NCBI GenBank assembly: GCA_965200745.1
Contig: CBDAUZ010000001.1
Coordinates: 370,896 to 434,895 of the forward strand
Direction: 5' to 3'
From: Alphaproteobacteria bacterium
Lineage (GTDB): Bacteria > Pseudomonadota > Alphaproteobacteria > SP197
DNA: 64,000 bases
Each line of letters begins with the position of its first letter. Position 1 is the stretch's first letter. The notes below the pieces were generated by a model that was not told where the DNA came from, ran no database searches, and worked only from the letters and a program-made list of their open reading frames with translations. This document shows, piece after piece, positions 1 through 10,317 of the stretch. The translations under genes were made by a program, and so were the position numbers.

Positions 1-196
1 CATTCGCGGTCGGATAACCTGGCTTGCCAGTCCATCGTGAGTGTGCCGGAAGTTGCCCGTTGTCTGGATTCAGAGTCACCTGACATTCGATGTTCAACCC
101 CAAACAACAGAGCATGTCGGGATGGTTTTCCACCAAACCCCACGGGACGATGCTTCAACAACGCCAGAAACCAGAAGAATTTGAACAGACCGGACA

Positions 197-769
197 GTGC
201 GTGATCGTCCCATGAACACGCTGACAACAAACCACCTCACTCTCGAACCTCTGAATCCGCGCAACCTGAAGGATCTCGAGAACATGTTCGCCAATCGCGA
301 ACACATGTGGGATTTGATGGACATTCCAGGCAGATCCAATGATGCCCGAGACCTCGCACGCTTCTATCTCGATCGTTCAATCTGGAATTTCGAGAACGTT
401 GGTGCCGGAATGTGGGGAATGTACATCCGTCTCAATAATATGCTGGTGTTCATCGGCTACACGGGAGTTGTCAACGACGCAGGCTCAATGATTGATCTTG
501 GGAGCAAGGCAGAAATCGGCTGGGCCATCGGACCGGACTACGGCGGGAAGGGCTTCGCGACCGAAGGAACCCGCCGAATTGTCACACACCTGATCGAGCG
601 TTTCGGTACACGGCGTATTGTCGCAATAACGAGTCCTGACAATCATGCATCGCGCAGACTCATGACGCGTCTGGGCCTTGTTCATGAGGGAAACATCACC
701 GCGTATCAGGGTGATCAGGTTGTCTATTCCGTCGATCGTGACGATTGGCTGAATCACGAGAACAGCTGA
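197..769 (+). CDS. GNAT-family N-acetyltransferase (RimJ/RimL-like)
   Basis: 190-aa ORF. Sequence is typical of GNAT acetyl-CoA binding folds; assignment is by family recognition only. Confidence 0.55.
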   Translation: MRDRPMNTLTTNHLTLEPLNPRNLKDLENMFANREHMWDLMDIPGRSNDARDLARFYLDRSIWNFENVGAGMWGMYIRLNNMLVFIGYTGVVNDAGSMIDLGSKAEIGWAIGPDYGGKGFATEGTRRIVTHLIERFGTRRIVAITSPDNHASRRLMTRLGLVHEGNITAYQGDQVVYSVDRDDWLNHENS

Positions 770-876
770 TCCGATCACTTGGAGCGTCGTCGACTGCCTC
801 TTGCTGGCGTGTAACCCTTTTTCAAAACGCTCTCGGCATCGAGCAGCCGGCGCGGGGAACGTACAAAAATGTTCAG

Positions 877-1640
877 CTATTCTGGTTGAAACTGACAAGC
901 CACGCTCGACACTGATTTTGACATGGATGCCGATGTGCTTTCTGCACCGTTGTAGACCTCGTGCAGGGGGCGCAACGGCGGGACTTCGGGATCAAGGCGC
1001 AGGGAGAAATTGTCTCCGACGAGGCAGATGTCGCCGGCATCGTGGCGGTTGTCGAGGCTGACGGCGCGATCCGTGTTGACGCGTCTTTCAGCTTTGAAGA
1101 GGAACATGTCGTCGAGATAGCTGCGGGGATCGACGGAACACAGGCGTTCGCGGCATTCTGCCCATTCGTCATGCGGCGTTATGCCATTGAAGATGCAGTG
1201 CGGACGACGATGGTATGTTCCCTCGAACCAAGCCTTCAAGATGTTGTTGAGGTCTTCGATGCTCGCGACGTCACCATCGTCGCTCTAGGAACTGCTCGCG
1301 CACGGTTCTGTAAAAGGCGCCTCTCCGGATCGTGCATGCGTATAGCGCGACAATGAGGATGAAACGGGCGATGAATGACAACAAATTCGACCGATCCCTT
1401 GCGCAACAGAATCTGCCCGTTGAAAGAACGCACGACAACTTCGTGAATGACGAATGCCGTTATCGCGTGACTGATTGTGAGAACCCGCGGGTCGTACACC
1501 ATCAGGAAACTGCACTGCAGACTGACACGCCTGTCGCTGTTGAAACGCGAGATCCGAGACCGTTGCACATGACACTGTTCGGACCACCGGGTCGTTCTGA
1601 CTATGCCTTGGTTCGGATTGCTGTGGCATAGAGAGCGACG
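877..1640 (-). pseudogene. IS3-family transposase (orfB/integrase) remnant, frameshifted
   Basis: Minus-strand translation spread across three frames. Fragments include the retroviral-integrase C-terminal motif SIEDLNNILKAWFEGTYHRRPHCIFNGITPHDEW (compare Y-N-x-x-RPH...TP-x-E). Upstream frames give ESFF-like 'RGAFYRTVREQF' and 'HSQND...SRDNGI'. No intact ORF remains. Confidence 0.45.
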
Positions 1641-2824
1641 TCTGTTGCGCTCATCCCGAGGACTCGCGCAATGTCACGCCATCGCTCCAGTGCAGTCGCG
1701 ACTTCATCGATGATTGCATTGGCCCGAACGGCATCCAACGCAAAACAAGGCGCGACCTTGCGGGCAAGATCAAGGTCGGCATCCGAACCTTCGTCAGATA
1801 TCCACGTCGTCAGTTCCCGGGCCTTTTCGGACTCAGGAACCGGGTTCAGATCATAGGCTGGCGAAAGGCGCCACTTGTTTTCCCGTTCGTAAAGGAAGCC
1901 GTGGTTGCGGAGATGGTCGTCGAGATTGCCGACCATCACGTTGAAGACAATCCGCCTCCACAATTCGTGCAGGTCCAATGTGGGTTCACTCGAATACATC
2001 CTGATTACTTCGGCGATATCCGTGTATGTCGCTTCATCACCATCGTTGAGCCCCAGAATGGTCATGGCGGAAACAAACGGAATCCTTCCGTCCTTATCAC
2101 GATCAAAACGGGTTATCAGGGATACCGGCCGACCCGCCACATCCAGCAATGTTGCCGGGGCAACATCAATTCCGGCTTCAGCGGCGAGAGTCATCGCCAA
2201 CACTTCACCATGCGGGATGCTGCGATCGTCATCGTTCCTGGGAAACTTGGCAATTGCCAGATGACCCGATTGATCGATGACCGCGGATTTCGGGCGTGCG
2301 CCACCAAGCGGTGAGCCCTCGTTCAGCAGAATTCTGAGATCTTCGGCCGTTTCCGTATCTGACAGCACCGCATCGGCCGCATTGATGAGCGCCGGCAGTC
2401 GTATCAGGGGAGGAACGCGATAGCGGCCGATATTGTGGTCGAACGCCTCTTCGCCTTTCCGTCGATACCGGAGCGCACCTATTCTGGTCTGATCGTTGAT
2501 AGCGAGAAGATAGTCGACCTCGGACAGGACACGCTGTTCACCAGCTTTACGAAATGCGCGCCGTATCAGTTGTTGGCCCCAACGGTCTGGTGCGGTGTCG
2601 CGTAACGCTCCTGGCAACGCTGACTTGCTGGCGGAGGTGTAAAATTGATGGTTTTCCAACGGCAGGTTCGCCGGGTCCAGGGCAAACGCATCGGATCGGT
2701 CAAGCCATTCGTCAGCGTATTCGAAAACAGAACTTTGACCGTGACGCCTGGCGATGTAATGAAACTGGCCGACGAAACATGCTTGTCCATCGTGTTCGAC
2801 AAAGACCTCGATCGAGTCGGTCAT
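1601..2824 (-). CDS. hipA: HipA-family Ser/Thr kinase toxin (type II TA)
   Basis: 407 aa. Typical HipA N- and C-terminal domains (…NLDDHLRNHGFLY… catalytic region). Overlaps the upstream hipB stop by 4 bp (ATGA). Confidence 0.85.
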   Translation of the reverse strand: MTDSIEVFVEHDGQACFVGQFHYIARRHGQSSVFEYADEWLDRSDAFALDPANLPLENHQFYTSASKSALPGALRDTAPDRWGQQLIRRAFRKAGEQRVLSEVDYLLAINDQTRIGALRYRRKGEEAFDHNIGRYRVPPLIRLPALINAADAVLSDTETAEDLRILLNEGSPLGGARPKSAVIDQSGHLAIAKFPRNDDDRSIPHGEVLAMTLAAEAGIDVAPATLLDVAGRPVSLITRFDRDKDGRIPFVSAMTILGLNDGDEATYTDIAEVIRMYSSEPTLDLHELWRRIVFNVMVGNLDDHLRNHGFLYERENKWRLSPAYDLNPVPESEKARELTTWISDEGSDADLDLARKVAPCFALDAVRANAIIDEVATALERWRDIARVLGMSATDVALYATAIRTKA

Positions 2825-3156
2825 GATGGTGATCGGACACGACGGCGTGGCCGTACTCTCCTGGGCAGTCGTTCCTCCTCGATGTCCAATCCGAGTTCGT
2901 CGTCGCGCCTGTCAGCGACCTGAGCAAGACGTTCGGCAAGCCCCAGAATTGCCAAGACAGTCGCATAGATACCAATTGAAACCGATGGATCACCGCGTTC
3001 GACCTTGTAGAGTGTGCCACGGCTGATGAATGCACGTTCAGCCATTGAAACCGTCGAGATGCGGCGTTTCTTGCGAGCAACCACGATGTCCTCCCCCAGC
3101 TTGGAGAGGGCCTGTTTGGCGGCTCTGGGGAGCGCAGGGATTGCAGCTGTTTTCAT
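2821..3156 (-). CDS. hipB: HipB-like XRE-family HTH antitoxin
   Basis: Likely start is MKTAAIPALP at 3156 (the ORF extends to 3210). HTH region 'ISTVSMAERAFISRGTLYKVERGD'. Translationally coupled to hipA. Confidence 0.75.
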   Translation of the reverse strand: MKTAAIPALPRAAKQALSKLGEDIVVARKKRRISTVSMAERAFISRGTLYKVERGDPSVSIGIYATVLAILGLAERLAQVADRRDDELGLDIEEERLPRRVRPRRRVRSPS

Positions 3157-4032
3157 GAATTGTCTTATATTATTTTCAAAATACGATTTAGTGTTCACAA
3201 TATAGGACATAGTGAGGTTCGATCAACCGATTCCCAGGACTCGGGACCTTTCCATCTCGAACCGATGCACCATGGATTGCCAGTCGATGTCACGCTATCC
3301 GACAAACTGGCAGCAACGCACGCCTTACTGCCACATGACAGGATCGCCGTACCTGACAAATCAGGCGTCGCGGTGTTTGCGCAAACCCAGACGATGCGAT
3401 TTCGTGAATGCGTCTTCAAACTTTCCGATGCAAATCCCGCACCAGTTTCACATTCGCGAACAGCAGCATCGCTCGCACGATGCACCGTGTTACGACTTCA
3501 CTTCGTCGCAATATTGGTATTCCCGTGGCGACATTCACCGGGAACGTCATGTTGGGAAACAAGGTCTGGTGTCGGAACGTCAGGTTGACCGGTCGTTCGT
3601 GTGTACCAGCCCGTCACATTCTTGCCGAAAGATACGCATCGCACCGTATCGCATTTTTGAATCCTGCGATGAAACGCCATGCTGTCGTCTTTCCGAAACC
3701 GGTAGAAGCGAGCGGCACAACAGGATTGATGTCATCTCATCATGATGTGTGACACGCACCAGAGCGAAGGTTGAACGAGTTGTTCAAGGGTGCAGATCAG
3801 GTGCAGTCTTGGAGCGGACCTGTCTTGCGCCACCCGGGGACTATGCGTGTCTGCCGGAAATCCGGGACGTTTCCGTCGTCGACTGACTCGCACAACGTTC
3901 ATTTTCCGACCAGCATTACCTGCGCAGGGGCTACGGCCCGAATGTGCTTTCAGATAGTATCGCGTTTCCAGGGTAACCGTATGGGGAGCGGTGCACGGCG
4001 TCGTCTACCCTGCATGAACCGCACAGGGACGT

Positions 4033-5319
4033 GTGATGACCGAATTCCCCATGACGAAGCCAGGTAGACGCCGCGGGATTCTTTCCTGGTGCCTCTTCGA
4101 CTGGGCGAACTCACCAACATCAACAGTCGTCATCACGTTCATATTTGCTCCGTACTTCACACGCGGTGTTGTCGGCAATGAAGCTGAAGGCTTTGCGCTA
4201 TGGAGTTGGGGCATTGCAGTTTCTGCACTCGTTATTGCCTTTCTTGCACCCGTTACAGGGGCCATCGCCGACGCGGCCGGTCGACGCAAACCGTGGATTG
4301 CCGCCTTTACCGCGTTGGCCGTTACATGCACGGCTCTTCTCTGGTTTTGCGAACCCTCTCCTGCATGGATTGTCGGCACACTGCTGCTCGTCGTGCTCGT
4401 CAACATCGGTTTTGAGACATCGCTGGTTTTTTACAATGCCATGCTGCCGGATGTCGCCGGCAAGGACTATACCGGAAGAATATCCGGCTGGGCCTGGGGG
4501 TTGGGCTATGCTGGAGGAATCGCTTGTCTCGTCCTGGCACTCTTCGTGTTTGTTCTGCCGGAAACCAAGCCCTTTGGCCTGGACACATCGACCAGCGAAC
4601 ACATCCGGATTCTCGGTCCCATCGTTGCCTTGTGGCTGATCGTCTTCGGATGGCCGATGTTCGCATACACGCCCGATCGGCCGGCCAAGTCCAGTTCGCT
4701 CGGTGTTTCCATCTCACAGGGCCTCGTTCGTTTGCGGACAACCTTGCGCGAACTGCGTCATCACCGAATCATCGTTCGATACCTGATTGCGCGGATTCTC
4801 TACATCGATGGATTGAATACGCTCTTTGCGCTCGGCGGTGTTTTCGCCGCAACTGCATTCGGTATGGACGAACAGTCCGTCATAATGTTCGCCATTGCAT
4901 TGAACTGTACCGCATGTCTCGGCGCTGCCGGGTTCGCGTGGCTCGACGACCGGATTGGCGCTCTCAGGACGCTGACAATTTCGCTGGCCTTCCTGACGGC
5001 TCTTTCCGCGATAATCCTGTTCGTTCAATCAGTCATGTGGTTTTGGATCTTCGGCATGTTGATGGGCATTTTCGTGGGCCCTGTCCAATCAGCCAGCAGA
5101 TCCTTGATGGCTCATCTGACGCCGCGCGACATGGAAGGTGAGATGTTCGGTTTCTTCGCCCTGTCAGGCAAGATCACCAGTTTTGCCGGACCGTTGTTCG
5201 TCGGCATTGTCACCACGATCACGGGCAGTCAGCGTATCGGTATGGCCGTCATTCTGGTCTTTCTGATAACCGGACTGGCAGTCCTTTACACCCTGCCCAG
5301 GGATTTGACGCGCAGATAA
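4033..5319 (+). CDS. MFS transporter (UMF1/Atg22-like family)
   Basis: 428 aa with multiple hydrophobic spans. N-terminal 'ILSWCLFDWANSPTST' is typical of this MFS subfamily. Confidence 0.7.
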   Translation: MMTEFPMTKPGRRRGILSWCLFDWANSPTSTVVITFIFAPYFTRGVVGNEAEGFALWSWGIAVSALVIAFLAPVTGAIADAAGRRKPWIAAFTALAVTCTALLWFCEPSPAWIVGTLLLVVLVNIGFETSLVFYNAMLPDVAGKDYTGRISGWAWGLGYAGGIACLVLALFVFVLPETKPFGLDTSTSEHIRILGPIVALWLIVFGWPMFAYTPDRPAKSSSLGVSISQGLVRLRTTLRELRHHRIIVRYLIARILYIDGLNTLFALGGVFAATAFGMDEQSVIMFAIALNCTACLGAAGFAWLDDRIGALRTLTISLAFLTALSAIILFVQSVMWFWIFGMLMGIFVGPVQSASRSLMAHLTPRDMEGEMFGFFALSGKITSFAGPLFVGIVTTITGSQRIGMAVILVFLITGLAVLYTLPRDLTRR

Positions 5320-6546
5320 CCCGTCCGGCTGCTTCCCGAGAAGCAGCGAATTGCGCACCAGCCTCGGCAGCGAACCGGTCATCCCCATGGCATCGCGCAT
5401 GAAAAAACGCTTCAGGGGCGGCGTCCGATTGACGAGTTCAAGCCCTGTCCGGCGCAATATTGCGAGCGCCGGATCCCTGTTGGAGAACAGGCGGTTCAGC
5501 CCGTGGGTGACGGCGAACAGCGATTGTACATCAACGCGACGTTTCCTGGCCCAGTCATCGAGAAGTGTACGGTCGCCAGGATCGAGTCCGATTTTTCTTC
5601 CATCCCCGAGAACCTCTGCAAGCGTGATGCAATCCCTGATTCCAAGATTGAACCCCTGACCGGCCACGGGATGAATTGCGTGGGCGGCATCGCCTGCGAG
5701 GACCAGTCGCCCGGTGAACATCTCATGCGCCATGACCGCGCGCAAGGGATAGCGCCAGACCGGACCGGTCATTGAGAGCCCACCAAGAAATCCGCCAAAT
5801 CGCCGTTGCAACTCGACCGCGAGTTCGTCCCTCTCGAGTTGCAGAATCCGTTCTGCAATGACATCCCGCTCAGTCCATACGATGGACGAGATGTGGCCCG
5901 GCAATGGCAGGATTGCGAACGGACCGGAGGCAAGGAATCGTTCGTGAGCGACACCGCGGTGCGGTCTCTCATGACGGACGCTGCAGACGATCGCAGTCTG
6001 ATTGTATACATGGCGCCAGGCGCCGATTTCGGCTTGCTTGCGCATCGCTGAATCCACGCCGTCACATGCGATCACAAGGCTGGTGTTGATTATCCTGCCG
6101 TCCGACAGATGCAGATCAATACTGCCCTCGTCCTGTTGGTGTCTCGTCACCTCGCTATCGATTCGGACAATCCGTCCGGAATGTCCGACGCCTTCATCCA
6201 GCGCGCAACGCACGTGTCGATTCTCGACAATCCATCCCATGGGATGATCACCTGTTTCGCGATGATCGAAGTGCAGGAACATGCGTGAGTCACGATCGGT
6301 GACCCGTATGTCCAGAATTGGCTGGGCATGTTCGACGATCCGGTCCCAGACACCCAATCCGTCAAGTGCCAACGCGGACCCCCAGGCGATCGAGGTCACC
6401 CTGCCGTCGAAGCCCGGTTTCAGAACCTCCGCCGAGCCGACGCGATCAATCAGGTGTACGTGGAAACCGGCAGCAGCCAGTGCCAACGCACAGGTCTGGC
6501 CGTTGAGACCGCCACCAACGATTGCCATGTCACCATCTTTCGCCAT
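5164..6546 (-). CDS. UbiH/UbiF/Coq6-family FAD-dependent monooxygenase
   Basis: FAD-binding 'MAIVGGGLNGQTCALALAAAG' is near the probable start (6546 or 6528). 'GRLVLAGDAAHAIHPVAGQGFNLGIRD' matches the family. The long ORF upstream of this start is probably non-coding. The C-terminus runs about 70 aa past the usual ...RDAMG end and overlaps the convergent MFS gene. Confidence 0.75.
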   Translation of the reverse strand: MAKDGDMAIVGGGLNGQTCALALAAAGFHVHLIDRVGSAEVLKPGFDGRVTSIAWGSALALDGLGVWDRIVEHAQPILDIRVTDRDSRMFLHFDHRETGDHPMGWIVENRHVRCALDEGVGHSGRIVRIDSEVTRHQQDEGSIDLHLSDGRIINTSLVIACDGVDSAMRKQAEIGAWRHVYNQTAIVCSVRHERPHRGVAHERFLASGPFAILPLPGHISSIVWTERDVIAERILQLERDELAVELQRRFGGFLGGLSMTGPVWRYPLRAVMAHEMFTGRLVLAGDAAHAIHPVAGQGFNLGIRDCITLAEVLGDGRKIGLDPGDRTLLDDWARKRRVDVQSLFAVTHGLNRLFSNRDPALAILRRTGLELVNRTPPLKRFFMRDAMGMTGSLPRLVRNSLLLGKQPDGLSARQIPGQGVKDCQSGYQKDQNDGHTDTLTARDRGDNADEQRSGKTGDLA

Positions 6547-6642
6547 GCTCGCATTCAATACGAGATCGCATATACCGTCACCACCGGTATTCACACGCGT
6601 GATAGAGTCGTCCGCGTCAGATCCGTTTCGGAGGTGCGCAAG

Positions 6643-8010
6643 ATGACAGACTGGCTCACGACAAGCGCATTCCGTATGGGTGACGCGATCGCCACAGGTG
6701 CAATCGATCCGGTGGAACTCGCCGAGTTCTTTCTTGACCGAATCGCGCAGGATGATCCTGATCGCAAGATCTTTGTCCGCATGGACCGGAATCGGACCCT
6801 GTCGGAAGCCCATGCCGCCAGAAGCCGCCAGAAGGCCGGAATCAGGCTCAGTCCGTTCGACGGTGTCCCGATCTCCTGGAAAGACCTCGTCGATGTAGCA
6901 GGCGTCGAGACAAACATGGCGGCGCGTGCGCTCAAGGGCCGCATTCCTGCACATGACGCGGAAGTTCTCGCGCGGGCAACCCGGTGCGGTACTGTGTTCC
7001 TGGGCAAGACCAACCTGACCGAATTTGCGTTTTCCGGGCTCGGCATCAACACGACCTACGGGACACCTGCAAATCCACACGACAGCGAAACCGACCGCAT
7101 ACCGGGCGGGTCTTCATCGGGCGCCGGAGTCGCGGTGGCGCGCGGTCTCGGACCGGTTGCCATCGGCAGCGACACGGGTGGATCCGTGCGCATACCTGCT
7201 TCGCTGAACGGAGTGACGGGACTGAAGACAACCCTCGGTGCGTTGCCGATGCGCGGCGTCCTGCCACTTGCTTCAAGACTCGACTCCATCGGCCCGCTGA
7301 CCAGAAACACGACCGATGCGGCAATCATGTGGTCGATTCTCTCCGGCCAGCCGGTAGCGGACACGACAAATGCCGATCTCGAGAACTGCCATCTTGTCAC
7401 GGCTGATTCACTGTGGCGTGATCTCGATCCTGAAGTCGAGAGAGCTTGCAACAATGCTCTGGAATCGCTCCGATCTGCCGGAGCAACCATTCGACACGAC
7501 CCGGCAGACGAATTCAGCGAAACATCTGAACTGGCGCAGAAGCTCATCACAACCGACGCGTGGTCGGCATGGAAACATGTGATCGAAGCGCGGGAGGCGG
7601 ATATCTTTCCACCCATGTTGCCGCGATTTCAGGCCGGGCAATCCACCCCGGGCAGCGAAATTCTTCAAATCCTGCGTCAACAGGACGATGTCTCCATGCG
7701 CGTGTGTTACCGTCTTGCCGGCTGCGACGCGATGATTGCGCCGACGGTCCCGATATTGCCACCCGCCATCGAACCGCTGCTTGGAGACCGTGACGCCTAT
7801 ATGCACGCTAACCGCATGTGCCTGCGCAACACAACGCCCGTGAACGTCCTGAACCTCTGTGCAATGACCATTCCATGCGGCGTGAGTGCGCCAGGTCTTC
7901 CCGTCGGGCTGATGCTCATCCAGCAACCGCATCATGAGAACAGACTGCTGCGCCTCGGCAAGGCCGTTGAGCGCGCACTCTCGGAAAACACACCGGACAC
8001 AACATCTTGA
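6643..8010 (+). CDS. Amidase-signature family amidase
   Basis: Start MTDWLTT at 6643. Gly/Ser-rich signature 'GGSSSGAGVAVARGLGPVAIGSDTGGSVRIPAS'. Confidence 0.8.
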   Translation: MTDWLTTSAFRMGDAIATGAIDPVELAEFFLDRIAQDDPDRKIFVRMDRNRTLSEAHAARSRQKAGIRLSPFDGVPISWKDLVDVAGVETNMAARALKGRIPAHDAEVLARATRCGTVFLGKTNLTEFAFSGLGINTTYGTPANPHDSETDRIPGGSSSGAGVAVARGLGPVAIGSDTGGSVRIPASLNGVTGLKTTLGALPMRGVLPLASRLDSIGPLTRNTTDAAIMWSILSGQPVADTTNADLENCHLVTADSLWRDLDPEVERACNNALESLRSAGATIRHDPADEFSETSELAQKLITTDAWSAWKHVIEAREADIFPPMLPRFQAGQSTPGSEILQILRQQDDVSMRVCYRLAGCDAMIAPTVPILPPAIEPLLGDRDAYMHANRMCLRNTTPVNVLNLCAMTIPCGVSAPGLPVGLMLIQQPHHENRLLRLGKAVERALSENTPDTTS

Positions 8011-8927
8011 TACGGCGTTCAGGCCTCCGGCCCATGTCCGGAATCCACCCGCACATGCTGGCGATTGTGTTCGCCGTGATCGGCATCTTTGTGATCAACA
8101 CGTCCGACGCTGTCGCCAAGTGGATCGTACAGGACCTTCCGGTGTTCCAGATCATGCTGTTTCAGTCGATCGGCCTGTTCGTGGTTGCACACCTGGTCGA
8201 ACGTCGTACCGATACCTTCCGGTTCATTCGCACCCGGGACCCGTTCTGGCAGCTGTTGCGCTCGCTTTGCGTCTTTTTCAGCGGCATCACATTCTACAAG
8301 GGTCTGCAATCGCTGCCGTTCGCGGACCTCATTGCAATCCTGTTCATCAGTCCGCTGACGATCACGGGCATGGCACATGTGTTTCTCAAGGAACGGGCGG
8401 GGTTACGGCGCTGGATTGCCTGTTTCGTCGGGTTGATCGGCGCACTGGTCATCGTGCGTCCCGGTACCGATGTCATGGGTTGGTCGGCCATCTGGCCTGT
8501 TCTTGCTGTCATATCGTGGTCGACATACATCATCGTGACGCGTCGCATATCGTACCGGAACTCCACAGGTAACATGATGTTGTGGGCTGCCCTTGTCGGT
8601 CTTTTCATCCTGATCACGACATTACCCCTGTACTGGGTCGATCCCCACCCGTTGCAACTTGTGGGACTTTTCCTGATCGGATTGCTTTCGGCGACAAGCA
8701 ACGGGTTTACGATTCGGGCCTATGCAATGGCGCCGGCATCACTTCTGGCACCATTCATCTACTGTGAGATGATTGGCGCAACAGCGTATGGCTGGTATTT
8801 CTGGGACGAGTTTCCAGACATCTGGACGTGGGTCGGCGCCACCATCATCGTTGCGGCGGGCCTCTATGTCTGGCGGCGGGAATTGCAGGTCACACGCGCA
8901 AACCGGCATCGCAAACGCACAGCCTGA
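8007..8927 (+). CDS. DMT-superfamily (EamA/RhaT-like) transporter
   Basis: About 300 aa with roughly 10 hydrophobic helices, arranged as two EamA-like halves. Confidence 0.65.
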   Translation: MIRRSGLRPMSGIHPHMLAIVFAVIGIFVINTSDAVAKWIVQDLPVFQIMLFQSIGLFVVAHLVERRTDTFRFIRTRDPFWQLLRSLCVFFSGITFYKGLQSLPFADLIAILFISPLTITGMAHVFLKERAGLRRWIACFVGLIGALVIVRPGTDVMGWSAIWPVLAVISWSTYIIVTRRISYRNSTGNMMLWAALVGLFILITTLPLYWVDPHPLQLVGLFLIGLLSATSNGFTIRAYAMAPASLLAPFIYCEMIGATAYGWYFWDEFPDIWTWVGATIIVAAGLYVWRRELQVTRANRHRKRTA

Positions 8928-9047
8928 CTGGCCGTGCCGCAATTCGGCACTTGTTAACGTACAAGCTGAATATGCAGCGTTAATTATGCGACATTACGTG
9001 ACAATTGAAACATTCCACAGCACTATGTTAGTCTTTCGGGACAACCT

Positions 9048-10253
9048 TTGGGAACAAACATGATCAGCGACAGGCTTGATCAGCTACGGGATTATCCGTT
9101 CAAACGCCTCGATGCCCTGGTGAAAGACATCCCGCTGCCCAATGGACACGATCACGCGTTACCCATGTATCTGGGTGAACCGCGTCATGGTGTTCCCGAT
9201 GTTTTGCAGCGTGTCCTTGACGGACGTCTCGATGGTTTCGGTCAGTATCCGCCCGTCGAAGGTACGCCGAGCTTGCGCCGTACGATCGTTGCGTGGCTGC
9301 AACGACGCTACGCGTTGCCGACCAGTCTGCTCGACGCGGACGACTGCATCATTCCGGTACACGGGACACGCGAGGGCCTGTTCATGATCGCGTTGGCCGC
9401 GGTGCCACGCTCGCGTTCCGGATCGACCCCCGCTGCGTTGATGCCCAATCCGTTCTACCAACCCTACAAGGGCGGTGCTGTTGCGGCCGGAGCGGAACCG
9501 GTCTGCCTGCCGTGCACGGCCGAAACAGGATTTCTTCCGGATCTCGATAGCCTCGATGCGACCCTGCTGTCGCGAACCGCTATCTTCTATCTCTGTTCGC
9601 CGTCGAATCCCCAGGGCGCGGTCGCAGACCGCGACTATCTCCGTCATGCGGTCAATCTCGCGCGGACATACGGGTTCCTTCTGGTGTCCGATGAGTGTTA
9701 CGCGGAGATCTACGATCGTACGCCACCGCCCGGCATTCTCCAGATCTGTGCGGAGGACGGCGATCTTTCGAATGTGGTCTGTTTCCACTCACTGTCGAAG
9801 CGTTCAAGCGTTCCCGGACTTCGCCATGGGTTTGCCGCTGGTGATCCGGTCTTCATGGAAGCGTTCCTGCGCCTGCGCCGCTATGCCGCGGCAGGTTGTC
9901 CGGCACTACATTTCAACGCAGCAGAAGAACTGTGGTCCGAGGAAACGCATGTCGAACGCAACAGGGCGCTCTACCGGAACAAGATAGACATTGCAGAGAG
10001 AATACTCGGGAACCGACTGGGGTTCTTTCGTCCACCGGGCGGATTCTTCCTGTGGCTTGATGCGGAAAACGGCGAGATGGCTGCACGGAAACTCTGGTCG
10101 GAAGCCGCCGTGAAGGTCCTGCCGGGAAAGTACCTGGCAACCGATATGCCGGACGGCTCCAACCCCGCAGACCGGTACATACGTGTTGCGCTTGTCTGCG
10201 ACGAGGAAACAACACGCGAAGGCCTGTCACGCATTGCGGATACACTCACGTGA
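9048..10253 (+). CDS. PLP-dependent class I/II aminotransferase (DapC/AlaC-like)
   Basis: N-terminal 'LRDYPFKRLDAL' is typical of this aminotransferase group. The start may instead be MISDRL at 9060. Confidence 0.7.
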   Translation: MGTNMISDRLDQLRDYPFKRLDALVKDIPLPNGHDHALPMYLGEPRHGVPDVLQRVLDGRLDGFGQYPPVEGTPSLRRTIVAWLQRRYALPTSLLDADDCIIPVHGTREGLFMIALAAVPRSRSGSTPAALMPNPFYQPYKGGAVAAGAEPVCLPCTAETGFLPDLDSLDATLLSRTAIFYLCSPSNPQGAVADRDYLRHAVNLARTYGFLLVSDECYAEIYDRTPPPGILQICAEDGDLSNVVCFHSLSKRSSVPGLRHGFAAGDPVFMEAFLRLRRYAAAGCPALHFNAAEELWSEETHVERNRALYRNKIDIAERILGNRLGFFRPPGGFFLWLDAENGEMAARKLWSEAAVKVLPGKYLATDMPDGSNPADRYIRVALVCDEETTREGLSRIADTLT

Positions 10254-10317
10254 ATGAACGAGCAACGCGGTCGTCCGTGTACGACCCGACAACAACGACC
10301 TGATACCGGGTGACGAA

